From NCBI GenBank assembly GCA_002633005.1, contig NMRA01000598.1, positions 130,198-194,197 of the forward strand: a stretch of DNA of 64,000 nucleotides, written 5' to 3'. Shown piece by piece: positions 12,001 to 25,561 of the stretch; within the stretch, counting starts at the first letter, position 1, and every line of letters starts with the position of its first letter. The DNA is from Phoronis australis (lineage: Eukaryota > Animalia > Phoronida). A program made the translations under genes and the position numbers. The notes under the pieces were generated by a model. It searched no databases. It had not been told where the DNA came from and worked only from the letters and a program-made list of their open reading frames with translations.

Positions 12001-15000
12001 GCTTTTAAAACATGATTGGCAGCCATTTTTCTTGATACATATTTTTTGCATTAACATAATTAAAATATATGTCAAGTGTGGTGATTGGATTCCTTCTTTT
12101 AAAGATTTTTTCCAGTTGCGAAAGGGGATTGGCAGTTAATGGGCACATAGCTGTACTAAAATGATGTTGAATTTACATTGAGCATGCCTTGAACTACTTT
12201 GAAAAGTCCTCGAATTTCTTGGTTAGAGTTTTGTACGAACCATGCATAATGTCCAATTGTGTGTGGCCCAACCAACGCCGAACCAGGTTTGTCTTCGGTA
12301 CTGGCCCTCTCCAAATATTCCAACTTCACTTACACTGATGGCTGCACCTTGAGTGAGCTCTCAGCCTCTGCTAACTCTTTCTCATTTATTCTAGGTGCAG
12401 ACTTACGGTCTTTTGTTTCTTTCAGTTTTGTCTCTGCCCCCTAATTTGTTATTGTTGTGCAATCCCGTGACCATATGACCGCACACAGACCTGGTGACAA
12501 CAGTAAATGTTGTGTTCTGATCTTTTAAACCCCTACCTAGTATTCACATGATGCATCACTGGGAAGTGCTGCATTTTGGTTTTTTTGTGAAACATCAGTC
12601 TTGTCTGCTTGCCCAGTCTTTAGGAAAATTGAAAATCTAAGAGAGCTTTTTAAAAAGCACGAAGCTTCCACCAATACAGTACAAAGCATTCATGGTCCCC
12701 TGCAGTGTTAATTAGACTGGACTAAGTCACAAAATTCAAGCTGGAATAAATTTCGTTTGTGGTATTAAATCATCCTGTTATTCATTAGGGGTCAAGAACT
12801 AGACCAAAGGGTTCCACACCGTAGCATGATCCAAAATCTCACAGGGGCAAGGCTTGATGCTTAGAAATAACACCATCTCGCCAAAGGTGACCTGGCAAAG
12901 TTTTGGTGAGGCTGCCCAAGTAAGCCTCATGCAATGGGAATGTAGAAGTCCTGGCTCTCGAGAGACGGAAATAAAATAAACAGGATATCTGAAGTGAAAA
13001 ACTGATATACTCGTCACATATCCGCCTGGCTCACCTGAAATCGCCTGGTCGGGAACTCGAAATCTGTGGTCGTGTGGGCATGTTCGCCAAATCAAGCCCT
13101 GGTATGATTTTCAAACATGGCGCTGTGTGGGGCTTTTAGGGTTTTGGTCACATCTCTTATAAGTTCTCGTCTTGGATGCAGTTTTGATGACGGTGGTAGT
13201 GTCAATTTTCATAAGTTTCCTTTCAGTTTACTAAATCTTTAATGTGGTTTACTGTGCCTTTTATTAGGACTGAAAATTCACAATCACAGGCTAGTGTTTC
13301 AGGCAGTTACACAATGGTAAAACTCTGTTTATTTAAAGTGCTACAGTACCATTTCTTAGGTTTTGACAAACAATAGTTTCGAAAAAAGTTGACGAGATTT
13401 GTTCTCGTCAAATGTCAGGAGTACTTTTAAAGCAAAAATTTGTGGGCAATTTCTATCTAGTTTTTGTTCGATTTTCCATCATAATTTAGATGAAGCCAGT
13501 CGAATTGCATGGAATTTTTCAATTTCCTTTTTCAAAGCTAAATACATGTTAATTTCTGCAGGAGGCCAGTAAGGTGGTCATATTTCAAAACTTCTGGCAA
13601 TCTTTGAATGTTGAAAACTCAAAGTGTGGTGCAGTTTCAAACTGATTCAGATAAAAACGTTGAGCTTTTTGTAATAAATCTATTTGTATGGCTTCCTAGT
13701 AAGTGTTGCATCATGTGAACAGGTCTCCTAAAGTCAACAAGATCAGACTTGAATAGATAAAACCTCTGAATGTCTTTGTGACTGAATAGTGTGTCATGTT
13801 TGCGTGACCTCTTGAACCCTTGTTTCCCCCCGTTGTAGGGCGGACGCGCCTATATTTTCCATGGCGTGGGAATCGACAGTCCTCTACGAGGATTTCAACG
13901 ACAATCCCAACGCTGGGTAGCGTACTAGTGGCCGCGCCTATTGCCATTCCCTGACACAAGCATTCTTGTTTCGCCCTGTTGCCAGGATTTTCAAAAAACA
14001 ATGCAACTCCTTGTGCGAGGACTTGTTTGTTCTCTGTAAAATCAACACTGATTGAACTGAGCTTGAAGAATTCCTATCACTTAAGTCACCGATAAATTAT
14101 TTACAGTGCTCTGAATAAATGTACCGGTAAATTTATATCACTCTGCACTTTACAGAGTCAATCTGTTTTTAATTTCAAAAAGTTCGTGGTAATTTGAAAA
14201 GCCTGGCGAATTGTGTGTGTTCAGTGGTGTTTAGGGGTATCCTCTTCTGCTCTTCCGCACTGCTTTTCACCCAAGCCACGTGCCTCTTATGCTGTATTGC
14301 TCTTGTCATGCAAATGCCAATGGCTGCTCCATCACATATCACATTGTTTGTTCTTTTTTTACAAAAACAGGGCTGATGCCCCTATCATGGCGTATCTATG
14401 GGAACACGTCATGCCACTCGATTTCTTTGAAGGGTAACATCTGCTTGCTGTTGTTTTGCGCATGTTTCTATCATTATAATCTCCAGTTTTGTGAAGGAAG
14501 TGCACATTTTTTAGGCTTGACAAATCTCTCACTCACACTGATTGGGCGGGGGTTCTCAATAACAGCATTCTTATTTTGAATACAATGCTTTTCTTCTGAT
14601 GCACTGGTGATCTTTTTTCACCTACAAACTTCTTGCCCCGTGAATTGCAATTTTTACTGTGACGGGACACAAAATGCATAAGCTTGATATTACGTAGCAC
14701 GTGCTTCGTACTGTCGTTGATGAGATAAGAATTGTGTTTGTGAGAACAGAATTACTGGGCGTGAGAGAATAAAGATGGTGAAAAAAAAAGAATTGACATG
14801 AAAAGAATGCTGGTAACGGGATCACCTGTGTGGTCTGGGAGTTAGAAAGATTGTCTGCTCTGGTTAGACGACTATCATCTTGATTTTGTTTGCTCCTTTT
14901 CGTAACCCTGTTTGAAAGATGAGGGAGTTTCTTCTATTATTTGTTAACAGTTTTATAATTTGAATTTTTTAATGACTGGAATACACTCACCTGCCTTCTA

Positions 15001-18000
15001 TGTTTATATCAGGTCTGCATCTGGGAGAACTGTCCTCTGCTCAGCAGTCATTTGTTGACTCAAGTCTTACAGCTGTCAGTATGTCACTGCATTCGTCCAG
15101 ATTAATTCCCTGGGCATTTTAAATTTAGAAGGTCAAAAATACCAAGTAGGCATCAAGGCAACTGAGGATGTCTACATAAAACCACGACGTATTGTTTGGA
15201 TGTAGGGCAATAGAGTTCTTGGACAGAGTTCCTGATGGCAGATCCGTCTAAGCATGAATCGTCTTATTGTCTTCACCATAATGTCTGCACGTTTCTCTTG
15301 CTACTAATTTTCTGTCGTTCTGCTGTGCTACTGTGTCTTGGGCCACCCTGGGTGTCAATCAGTTTCTCAATTCCAATGACAAATGTCATAGCCTCAGTGA
15401 AGAGAACTTTTTCTCATGTAGTTCAATCATCAAGCTTACAATGAATGCAAGAATTGTTCTATATTATAGTGGCCACGCATTTGTAGATTTCTGAAATGCT
15501 TTTGCTACTTTGCCTGCATATTAGACTGCCTAAATTAATCAAGAAAATTTGTTACGTCTCATAGTGAAAATTCCTTAAGCGCTATTTCCTGTGATCATTT
15601 GAATCTTCTTTCAAGTGAAGTACAAATGCAATTTTCATGGCTTGTAATTTTCCTCTTTTAAGAGGTTTTCCTCATTTGGTTTCGATTTCCTCTTACTTGA
15701 TTTCCAGTTTCCTCTTGTTTCATGTCATTTAATTCTTTACTTTGTCTTCATTAAAAATGTTTCTTGTTGTTTAATTATACATCACAAAAAAATATTTATA
15801 TCACATAATTATGCTCATTTAGTTGTAGAAAAATTTGTCACCTGGAAGATTTTCCTCTTTTTTTGTCATTGGTGATTACAAGCCTTGAATTTTAATTATT
15901 ATTTTGCCTGAGAATTGTACTGTATAATGCATAACGCATACTAAAAGCTCTCGTATGCTGCCTGTTGGCTACTTTTTGAACTAATGTATCTTAGGGTTTT
16001 GTCAGTTTGTCAAGATTTTCTGTCTGTTTTGTATGCAGTTGAAACCTAGTCATTGGTTCCTGCATCAGTTTTTGTCTTCGGATTTTACTCTTCGAATTTT
16101 CTTTTGTATTTTAAAGACGAGGATTAGAGCTTAATCTTTAAATTGTTTCACCTCAAAATTTACATCTCAATCACAAAAGAGTACACATTCCATAACCATG
16201 CTGTGTAGATTTTACCAGTTACGCTAAATTTAGAGTCATGTTTTGAAACAGTACACTTTTGGCTAGTAAAGGCTATTTACACGACGCATAAAGCTTTCCT
16301 AAATAAATGTAAACATGTTCTCATAGTGTCGTCCATAGCTGTGTATGAAATGATTGATTGTGGTTTCTATAGATACAAGGAGGATGGCCATTGTAAAGGT
16401 ACACCACAGTTGACCCCTAACCCCATACGACTGCAGTGGGACATCCCAGATGAGGTAAGATGGCTAGTCAATGTACGCTGCTGTTATTGCGATGTGCCAT
16501 TGCGTATTACTCATCTTAGATTTAGTATGAGCATTTATCCTCCTTAGCACCTGGGGCATGAACACAAACGATGCTCATCAACACAGTTCCTATTCNCTCG
16601 CAGTTAGAAAAGAGATCAGATCACAAGAAAAGAACTGCGGGTATGAGAATAGAACACTGGAACACTTTTTGTAAGAGCACCCGTGAGTTTCTCGGTGTAG
16701 GTTTGTTTACAAACTGATCTGCCTGATGGCATGGAAGCTGGAGTCGATTTCACAGAGTATTCTGGGAAGTTCTAAAATCACATAATCGAAGGAATGGCAG
16801 TGGTCAACTCTTTGTGCCTAATTGTTGATGCTTTTTGCCTTTTCACGTATTTTTCACGTATTGAGTATCTGGTGGATTGTTGCAGTATTTACTGGTGACG
16901 TGAAGATCAAACAATAATCAACAAATTGTGTTTTCTCGCCAACATGCATCATTGTGACTACTTGGGATTTGTATTGCCCGTGTTTCAGTGTGTGGAAGTC
17001 ATTGAGAACAGCCTGTCCGTCGCACAAGAGCTCGCTAACGATGTTGACCTCCACTTGGTCGTTCATCAGGTGTTCGGCAAAGGAGTCATGAAGAAATGCA
17101 AGACGAGCCCAGACGCCTTCATACAATTGGCATTGCAGTTAGCCTACCACAGGGTGCGTGCCCACTTTCACATCTTTCTGTGTCGCCTTTCTTTGGTTTC
17201 ATTTCTCAGGATATTACTAGTTGTCAGTTGTGGGTAACATGACAGCCAGGGATCATATTTGTTATTAATTCCATGTTTCTGTTTAAAAAATGCAGTTTCA
17301 AAATTGTAGTCTTGGTGACACACGAAATATGTGTCAGTTGTTCTTATGTATTGCAACATGTCATAAAAGTTTTAAATGCTCAATTTGACTTTTTACGTTT
17401 TTTCAGTGTGAAATAAAGCAATTATTACAAAAGTTAAACAGATCAAACTTTGAAAGGGCAAACAACCCCGCACATTCAAATACACTAAGGGAACCAGAAA
17501 TAGAAAAAGAAGCTGGGTAACCAATGCTAGTATAGGACCCTTCTTCTATTGACACTTATTGTCACGACAGTGATAAATATTCTTTTCAACTTGACTTTTT
17601 GTGGAAAAAATATCAAGTAAATCGGCTATAGTCTTAAGTTCAGTCATTTGTGAGAACTAGCACGGATCCAGGATCATGGTGAGAGGGGGTCTGGCAATGA
17701 GGCTGAGCAGATGGGATCTTTTATGGCTGTCCATCACAGCAATACATAAGGGGCCGAGTAGGTAGTCTGCACCCCTCACGCCCTGGGCTGCTGCTGTAAG
17801 GTTCCATTCTCCTTACAGATGTCGGAGAAATTTTGTCTGACTTACGAGGCCTCCATGACCCGTTTGTTCCGGGAAGGTCGTACGGAGACGGTGCGCTCTT
17901 GCACATCTGAAGCAGTAGACTGGGTCAAAGCCATGTGTGACGATTCTGGAACGGTAAGGGTTTATGTTAACATTAGAATTGAATTTTTTTCACCTGATGT

Positions 18001-21000
18001 CAGTAAAGATGATTTCAAAAAGCTTAAAGTGAAAGAAAGTACAAGCCGTTCTCTTGTGAAAATTATGGTCTTGGTGCTGTTAAGTATTGAAAGCACAAAC
18101 CACTTTTCTTGGACTTGTTTCAATGCTGATAACTGTTACTATGGCCTGTGTTGACTTCACATTCAGCATCAGTGAAGGATTCTGTTCCTGCAGTTATATC
18201 AGTCGACAAGTGTAATAACTGCAGTTTGTTTCTTTAGTCACTGCGTGTGCAGAAAACGTAAATACTGAAACAAAACATAGCCAACAACGTTACACCTCTA
18301 TCATTGCGCACATAGTTGGTAAGGGACGGTGGAACGGTAATTAGTTTTAAAGCATGTCTTATATCCGGGTCACATGCTGACTAGAATGTTAGCACTTTTG
18401 CTAGCAACAAAAACACCAGTTTTATCATCGCATTGGTTGAAAATGAGCGTGTTTTGAATCAACTGTCATTTAAATGCGTTGTGAGGAAACAAACTTACTG
18501 TCAGTGAAAATGACCCGATCACATGTCATGGACAACTTGGGTGTAGCTAAAAGGCTAACATTTTCACAATTGTTTTTAGCCAGTGAAACTGGTAGCATCT
18601 GTAGTATAAAATAACGAGCGATTTGTATGTTTAGTAAAAATGTTATAGCAACTCATTATTTTAAATTGATTTCTCTGATCAGTTAAGGTAGCTATGAACT
18701 CACCTTCTATGGCAAAAAACGACTTTTATAAATTTACACAAGTTACAGTTATGAAATTGGCCTGAAATTATATCTTGGTCAAGTTGTAGGTGATTGCAAA
18801 AGAATTGGCAATTCGTTTNTGATCATGATCCAATGATTTTATGAGTAGTCTGAGGAAATACATAATCCATGATTCAACTCTTACAACTACTTCACTGAGT
18901 AGTCTCTGAGAGTGCAGAGAATATTCTTTGGCCGTGGTCTTGCCCTAGCTTTATCATTCGGAGATAGTGGAAATGAAGAACTTGGTTCAACCTCTACATG
19001 GCTCACTGAATGGTCACGATGTGCAGAAATGATCCTTGGTCATGGCCACATTTAACTCGATATGAGATGATTAAACTGCTTCAAGAGGAGGCCAAAACTG
19101 AAATGTAGCTTTTGACTACCTACATGTGCACATTGAGAGAATGTTCCCTCTAAAATCACAAGATTTGGCAGCAAAATCACCCATTTTGCCTAATTTCTGC
19201 ATCAAAATTTCCATAATCTGCAGTCAACCCCAAAAAGGTACTGGAATAGAAATTCCCTTTTTGAAATAGAATTAGTTAGTGATGTTTTTATTTACTAGAC
19301 TGAGGAGCGCGTGATCCTCTTCCGCAAGGCGACTGACAAGCACGTGCAGATGTACCGCGATGCCATGACTGGCCGGGGTATTGACCGTCATCTGTTCTGT
19401 CTCTATGTGGTCTCCAAATACCTGGGGGTGGACAGCTCGTTTCTGAAAGAAGTATTAAGCGAACCGTGGAGGCTATCAACGAGTCAGGTTAGTGTTGGTT
19501 GTGACTGTGTAATATTCGGTACATGCCAAATGTAATTTCACAAAATTCGCTGTCATGGTATCGGTTTGTCATGACTGGGAGTGCTATGTTTTTGTTTTAT
19601 GGGATGTTTGTTATTGAAATCTAAACATTGGTCCTCGTGGGCCTTCTTCAGAAAATGCTCGCGAGGGTTTGTTGTAAGTTGGTGCGATTGTATTAAAATT
19701 TTGTCTTCTGTTCTTCTAGACACCTCACAGTCAGATTAACAAACTGGATCTTCAAAAACACCCCGACCATGTGTGCGCTGGCGGGGGATTTGGACCTGTG
19801 AGTATATGCACTCCTTTCGTGTCATCTTGGTTTGCTCTTTTTTCTGTTTGTGTGCTTCAGTTCTAGGTGACTTAAGTGATGGAAAAGATTGCTTTTGATT
19901 TAGACAATGCAGCAACATGAAATTTCATTTCTAAAATCTATTATAAACCTCTTGCCTGTTGGCATTAGCACATTTTGGTCATCTTTAGCTGTTACAGTGT
20001 TCCTAGAAGAATAAGCACAGGTGTATGTTTACTCATGATGGTCAATGATATAAAACACTTTTTAGACAATTTTTTTTATTTCTTTCTTGGCACAAGCTGG
20101 GGTTGAACCTGGAACTTTCAGATTGCCACTCCAGTTCTGTAGCCATTGCGCCATTGAATCATCCATTAACTTTGACGTAATTTTTTTTTATATCATCTGT
20201 AGGAGTGACAGCCAGGTGTCATTTTGTTGCTTGCTTTGAAGACGCCATTGATTAGGACACCTTTTGTTCATTAGTGTTCCTGGGCTTTGGAATAACACAC
20301 TGTCATACAGTTCGTTGTGGTTTGAGGTCATGTTCAGTGCTTAAGAATGACTTGCCAGGTCAAGCTAAGTCATTGAACGTGATCTTGAACAATTACAAAG
20401 TGTCAGTTCTTGTAAGTCACTCTCACTGGGAGTTGAAGGTATTTTTATTTAATAGGTCAAGTGGTCTAAGCTAAGTTGTTTTTAGATAGAAGATGGGTTT
20501 ACGGCAACATTACGTAAAAAATTACTTCTTTACTTTTGATTGTTCTTGTACTGTTGTATTAAGCAGCACTCTGTTTTTGCTCGACAGGTTTCTGATGACG
20601 GTTACGGTGTCTCATACATCATTGCTGGCGAAGACACAATTTTCTTTCACATATCCTGTAAAAAGTCCTGTCCCGACACCGTGAGTACTTTTTGTTTATG
20701 GTTTTGTCAACTATTGATGCAGTCAGCCTATGACATCTCTGAGGGTTTCTTCAAAGCACAGTAATTATCAAAAAAAAAATTCTGGTGAAAAAAGGCATGA
20801 GACAAGCAAAAAATCCTAATTTTGTAAGTCCATGCCATGTTCATGCATTTGTTCTTGTGCTTGGCAACAGTTGTCAGATTTTTTTTCTGAGAAAAATAAG
20901 TTTTGAAAATTGAAAATAATATCCTGGAAAGCTCATAAAAAATCCTTGAAAAAGGGAAAATGCACCGCGAGTGGGAATCATGGGTTGTTATAATGCATTA

Positions 21001-21270
21001 AAATATTTCTTTGTAGAACTTAATGTATTTTTATTCACATGCCACTTTCACAGTGGGGAAAAACATTTAACATTGGCACATAATTGAACAAAGTTCAGTA
21101 TCATTCTTGGAGAATATTTCGGTAACTGCCCTAGGAAATTCACAGCACGGTCTTCATTCAAGATGGCGAATCTTGTAATCCCAGCTGGTTCTTTGTTTCA
21201 GGATTCAAAGAAATTTGGAGAGCAGATTAAGAGAGCTCTAGCTGAAGTGCGAGACTTATTCCTGAAGTAG
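24..21270 (+). CDS. CPT1: Carnitine O-palmitoyltransferase 1 (5'-partial, multi-exon)
   Basis: Exons, all GT-AG and phase-consistent: 24-160, 623-797, 1272-1373, 2785-2922, 3894-3971, 4747-4854, 5530-5614, 5894-6008, 6599-6803, 8291-8398, 9677-9702, [10832-10897 | 11033-11104 | 14371-14433], 16373-16454, 16989-17153, 17819-17953, 19299-19487, 19720-19797, 20588-20680, 21202-21270 (TAG). This gives 716-719 aa in the window. Motifs: two N-terminal hydrophobic segments, [86 protein letters not shown] (keeps the Met linked to malonyl-CoA sensitivity in mammalian CPT1), [32 protein letters not shown]. The N-terminal ~45-50 aa lie upstream of the window. Confidence 0.97.
2476..2715. mobile_element. 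Degenerate fold-back MITE-like element (relatives at ~1555-1710 and ~9380-9440)
   Basis: Left arm gaaattgatttcaactagtaccttaccc is roughly the reverse complement of right arm ggtaaggaagaagttgaaaccagtttt; ends are tttagacc/ggtctaag. A similar sequence occurs earlier in the same intron. Confidence 0.5.
5606..5766 (+). repeat. 54-bp x3 tandem repeat spanning a CPT1 exon/intron junction
   Basis: Unit ttgagatgggtaggttatatgctgggctgcactatgttgactttgaaagtactg starts at 5606, 5660 and 5714. Confidence 0.97.
8665..9255 (+). repeat. Degenerate 51-bp minisatellite (~4 units) interrupted by a fold-back element
   Basis: Units resemble gactgtgtgcatggatatatgtatctgaattgatagattcagtgttcattt (starts e.g. 8767, 8818); the fourth unit resumes after 9229. 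Confidence 0.85.
8841..9225. mobile_element. Fold-back/MITE with long near-perfect TIRs, internal 51-bp GC-rich hairpin repeats, TGTA target-site duplication
   Basis: aacagcttattatttaaaatgac...ggacctcaaaagcgaggccccc and its reverse complement form the two ends. Four internal units resemble ggccccgctctccggcctcctttcggcggggcctcctatattaatataggc. TGTA occurs at 8837-8840 and 9226-9229. Confidence 0.9.
9677..9702 (+). CDS. CPT1: CPT1 26-nt microexon (VGFNAEHSW) containing the catalytic histidine
   Basis: tttttcag|GTTGGTTTTAATGCCGAACATTCCTG|gtaagt; phase 0 to phase 2; bridges NGR to (W)ADAP. Confidence 0.93.
10832..10897 (+). CDS. CPT1: CPT1 alternative exon A ([22 protein letters not shown])
   Basis: ttgtcttacag| ... 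|gtagga; 66 nt, phase 2-2, open frame. Confidence 0.85.
11033..11104 (+). CDS. CPT1: CPT1 alternative exon B ([24 protein letters not shown])
   Basis: taacttgtag| ... |gtatgc; 72 nt, phase 2-2, open frame; CTAAC branch-point-like motif at ~10998. Confidence 0.85.
14371..14433 (+). CDS. CPT1: CPT1 alternative exon C ([21 protein letters not shown])
   Basis: ttcttttttt..aaacag| ... |gtaaca; 63 nt, phase 2-2; closest of the three to the vertebrate ADAPIVAHLWEYVM sequence. Confidence 0.88.
20089..20160 (-). mobile_element. tRNA-derived SINE head or degenerate tRNA pseudogene
   Basis: Minus strand has A-box tggcgcaatgg and B-box ggttcaacccc at tRNA-like spacing, followed by an A-rich run. The acceptor stem does not pair, so it is not a functional tRNA. 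Confidence 0.55.
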
Positions 21271-22344
21271 ACTTTGTGCTCTCTGTGTGTATGTGTTTAT
21301 GGCGGGCATTGCCGTGTTTTAGAATGACAGCAACTTCTGTGATTTTTAGATGACGTGTCATTAATATGCAATTATGATTTTTAATTTGCTGGCTAATTGT
21401 CGGTGTCGTTTCTCCGCGGAAGATAAACTTTAGGTGCAGTGTTGAAACGTTTTGAATGTCTATAAGTTCAATAGTTTGTGGAAACGATGTTGTGCTTAGG
21501 TCAAGCGTGTCTTGAAAGTTCCAATTAAAAGAAGTCAGTTCATCAATGCAATACATTAATTTGACCCATTTTGGACTCATTGATTTTGAAATTTTTAAGG
21601 ACACCCTGAAAAGACCCAACATTAAATTTGTCATGTTTTCAAAATGTTTTGTGGCCGAGATCCCAAGTTGGGGGTTCGTGTTGCTGTAATCTTTGCTAAT
21701 ATATTAAGTACCCAGCACTGTAGATATGAGAGTGTAGTTACAATACGTTGCAAATGAGATCCATCATTGGAGTAATCATGTTTCTTGACTTGCTCTTCAC
21801 CTAATGTATTGTAAATAGTTGGATTTATTGTTGCAAACAAAAGCAGTTGTTTGTTGTAAACTTTCCAGCACAAGGGAAAATGTCAACTTGACTCAACATT
21901 TCATGTGTTTATTGGTTGCAGTTGAAACTGCAATCCACATCCTATCACAGACCTCTCTTTCAAGAAGTGGTCGTGGGAGAACAATCTCTATGATGGCCAT
22001 GTCTGATTATCTGTGGCAAAATTTTGCTGAGACTTTGGTTGACGATATTATATAATTCACGGTGGTTTTAATGATAACTCTGCACAGTCTGGTTGTGTTG
22101 TTGTGGTATTTAGTGGTGTGGACTGAAGTGGTTTGATTGGTCATTGCCTGCGTCACCACTCTTGAGTTTGGGTTTTCTGACTGAATGTAATCTGTTTTTA
22201 TTTTATACATTTTTATCCCTTATGCAACACTTGTAATGCACTTCCCCTTGTTTATTTTGGACTTACTATGAGCCTATGTTATCACTTACTTATGAGGATT
22301 TTCTTGTGTATGTAAAAGGGCTAGTGAGTGGTTCAGTGATTTTG

Positions 22345-22350
22345 AATAAA
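22345..22350 (+). terminator. Candidate CPT1 polyadenylation signal (second candidate at 23008-23013)
   Basis: AATAAA ~1.07 kb after the stop codon, followed by GT-rich sequence. Confidence 0.45.
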
Positions 22351-25300
22351 CTTCTCGAAGATCCTGTTGGGATGTCTGTCCGTATGTTTCTTATTGTGAT
22401 GTATTCCACCCTCTTGCCTCTATGAAGCCTTCACAAATATGATAATCAGGGGCTTTTGCATCATTTTTGTAGTTTTTATCAGGTCCACTTGGAAAGTTTA
22501 TTTTCTTAGAGAAGCTTGTACAAAATGATTTTAGAAATATAGTTGTAATCACCTTTTACATAGAGATTATTTATGTGAAATTCTCCATTCTGGATGAAAG
22601 TTACCAGAGTATCAATTTATGTTTTTGAAGATTATTGTTAAGTTATTTCCTGTTTATTTCACTGTGACAGACTTCCATGGCAACGGTTGTTAACAGTCTT
22701 AACAGCCGTTTGCATTTATTTTCCATTTCTTGACATTTCATTGATTCTAGGATTTGTGATATGTTTTCAATTTTCAGTGGTAATTTTATGTTTTTAAGCA
22801 CAGTTATTAAGAATGGTGTGAAACAAAGCAACCACAAATTAGTTAAAAGCTGCAGAAACATTTGTTGTATAGATTCTGATCTCACAGTCGAATGTGTTGT
22901 CATTAAAAATGGTGTTGTAGGGCAATGGAATGTGAATGGAGAGTCTTGTAAGTTTTATGCGTTGGATATCAGAAATTGGTTGAAAAGAAATTGTCTTATG
23001 GTTTTGAAATAAATAAGTTAGTCATAGGTCTCTGCGTTATCTACCATGTTTTAACATTTAAAAATATTCGATGTGGTGGACGAAACCCTCGACTGGTGCA
23101 TTTATTCCTGCTCGGAGGTGACTGTTATCTACAATGAGTCAATCACTCTCCATTTTGAAAGTCATTCGTGTGACTGAAGTCTGCTCTTGCGCAGATAACG
23201 TTCATTTCCGAAAGGAAGGCACTGAAAATACTAGAGTTGTTTGGTATGCATCTATGGATATTTTCGTAGCCTTAAATATCTGTTGGAGGTCTTTCATGTC
23301 TGCGCATGTGCGAACTTCACTCAGAGCATCGAAGGGTATTTCGTCCACAGACTGGTTATAAATTGTGACTATCCGACTAGCACGTCTCAAAAGCCCGTTT
23401 CCACGTAGGTACTCTAGCCTTGTTCCTGCCTGTAGCGCGGTCGATTTCGTGCCGAAAATGCAATCATTTTCTTGTCTGTATTGACTTCCTTGTTTGCCAT
23501 GTCACGAGTTGACCAGTGTGATAGTTGTGTCGACACTTGCACATTTAAAAAAGCTGTAGAGAATACATCAAACACCGTTTGTTTGTTACTATTCTATACT
23601 GAATGAAAGGTTATCCCATACGCGTTGAATCTGCCGAGGGAAATACGGCCATGTAATAAAGTTTTCCGTATTCACCTCCGCACTTCTTCAACAGTGACCT
23701 CTGACTTGGAAAATTCCAAAGGTAGCTCAATGTAGACTCGACGTCGTTAGCCGGTTCGATTACCAAACGTTCGAAAAGCAGTTTAAATAATATAGTTGTA
23801 GCAGTGTAAGTAACACTCAACATGCAATAAGGTCTCAATCGTAACATCTGGAACAGGATAGTTCTGTCTCAGTTTTCATTTGCTAAATATTTTATCGTCT
23901 GCAACTCTGGCGCCGATTCCTCGGTAACTACAATATCAAATGTTGTTATTAAACTATTTTCAGGAGATGCTACAAGTTCAATGGAAAAATGCCATTTTTT
24001 TCATCTTTGTTTTCTCTTATCAAGTAATATATCGTCACATTTAAGACTTTCCTTTACCAGAGAAAACTTGCAGCCTGACGCGCAAGTGCATAGGCTACAT
24101 GTAGGATGTGATACGCCACGTGAACAGTCTTAGTGAAGTATTTAAAAAATCTGAAAAAAGGAAGAAACTTATGAATGAGAAGCGTATGGGATAAATACAA
24201 AATGTACCTCGATTGGCGTACATCAAGTAATATCCTACGAGGCTGAAATAATGTACGAGACATACGCGGAATGATGTCTCGTGGGATATTATTTCATGTA
24301 CGCCACTCTCGGTACGTTTTGTGTACATATTTTACTTCGTAATCCAACACTAGACTAGATGCGGTAACATCTTCACGTGTAACCATGCAGATACGGCATT
24401 TTCAGGCGAAAAAGCATTTCATTATTTTGTAACGTTGGCATCAAAAGCTAAGCAAAACGACCATTCCTACTTTTGCTCACTTCTACTTCCCTTTTTCGCA
24501 CATTCTCCCTTTGTGGAACTATTGATGAGCAAACTCGCGAGAAGTTGATTTCTACATATTTGTCAGTTTCAGGAGAGGCTCTCCATGGACGAAACGGTCT
24601 CGCCGCCCGATTGCTGAGCATCCTAGAAGCCGTATAATAACGGCGATGGTCAGATATAACGTGCCCTAAATTTGAACCAGTTTTCTACACTGAATAACGA
24701 GTATGAACTGGGCACGTTATATCCGACGACTGTACCTCATAAAAATTCTTCATCTGATTAGTGATCGCGATATCGGTGTCGAACATCTATAGGAGAGAAA
24801 TCTGTGGAAAACAGTATTTGCATGTGACCTTGATGAGAATAACTAAGTATCTTTGCTAGAGTTGGGACTTTTGGTTCGGTTTCAGTTTTTCCTATCGGTT
24901 TTGTTTTTTTCAATCCGTTCCGTATCCTGTTTCCTTCTAAAAGAAGTAAGGTAAACACAAGACTTGTTCGGAAAAGCTTTCCAATTCAACGACTTTGGTA
25001 ACTGGCTGTAAAACAATCTTCTGTTCCATTTAAACACCGGACCAGAAACTGAAAACACAGTTTTCGATTGGTCGGTAACCGTTTCAGCCTGGAGAACAAC
25101 TGTCCTCAATGCCACCAGGCGATAATGACGGCGAAAAGAGAGGGTTGCAGGATTGACCCCTNAAAATTTCAAAATATCTTGGTTTAACCAATTATTGTAT
25201 ATGTAAGGAATTGCGTTGAAATTGTTTTTGCAAACGCAAGATAATACTTTGTAGTCACAGAAAGGAGTTTATTGAAAAATTCTGACATGGAAAGACAAGT

Positions 25301-25561
25301 GTATGACAACTGCATGGTGTTAAGTACTTTCGCTTAGGAGGTTGAGGTCACGCTGGTGGCCGCAATGTGTCTTTGTTGAAAGTTGTCAAATAACTTTAAA
25401 CGCAATGAATACAAAAATCTCCAGCCATAAAGGCAAAAACATTATTTTCGAATGAATTGAGTATTTAGTGGGTAAACTGATAAATTCATTAAAGTATCTT
25501 GGGTCTCTGTTGATGAAAAGCATAGACGAAACGCTTGGTTTTTTCTTTAACTTGCGTATAG

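Noticed and set aside
12848-13101. Possible hAT MITE (caaggcttgat ... atcaagccctg)
   Set aside because: Short imperfect TIR and no target-site duplication found.
11125-14286. Possible long-range docking/selector pairing between ggggcatggttt and aagccacgtgcctc
   Set aside because: Only 12 bp with a bulge and G-U pairs and not extendable; expected by chance without covariation data.
15013-15075. Possible fourth alternative CPT1 exon (IWE-like codons after an AG)
   Set aside because: No ADAPIM similarity and the phase does not fit.
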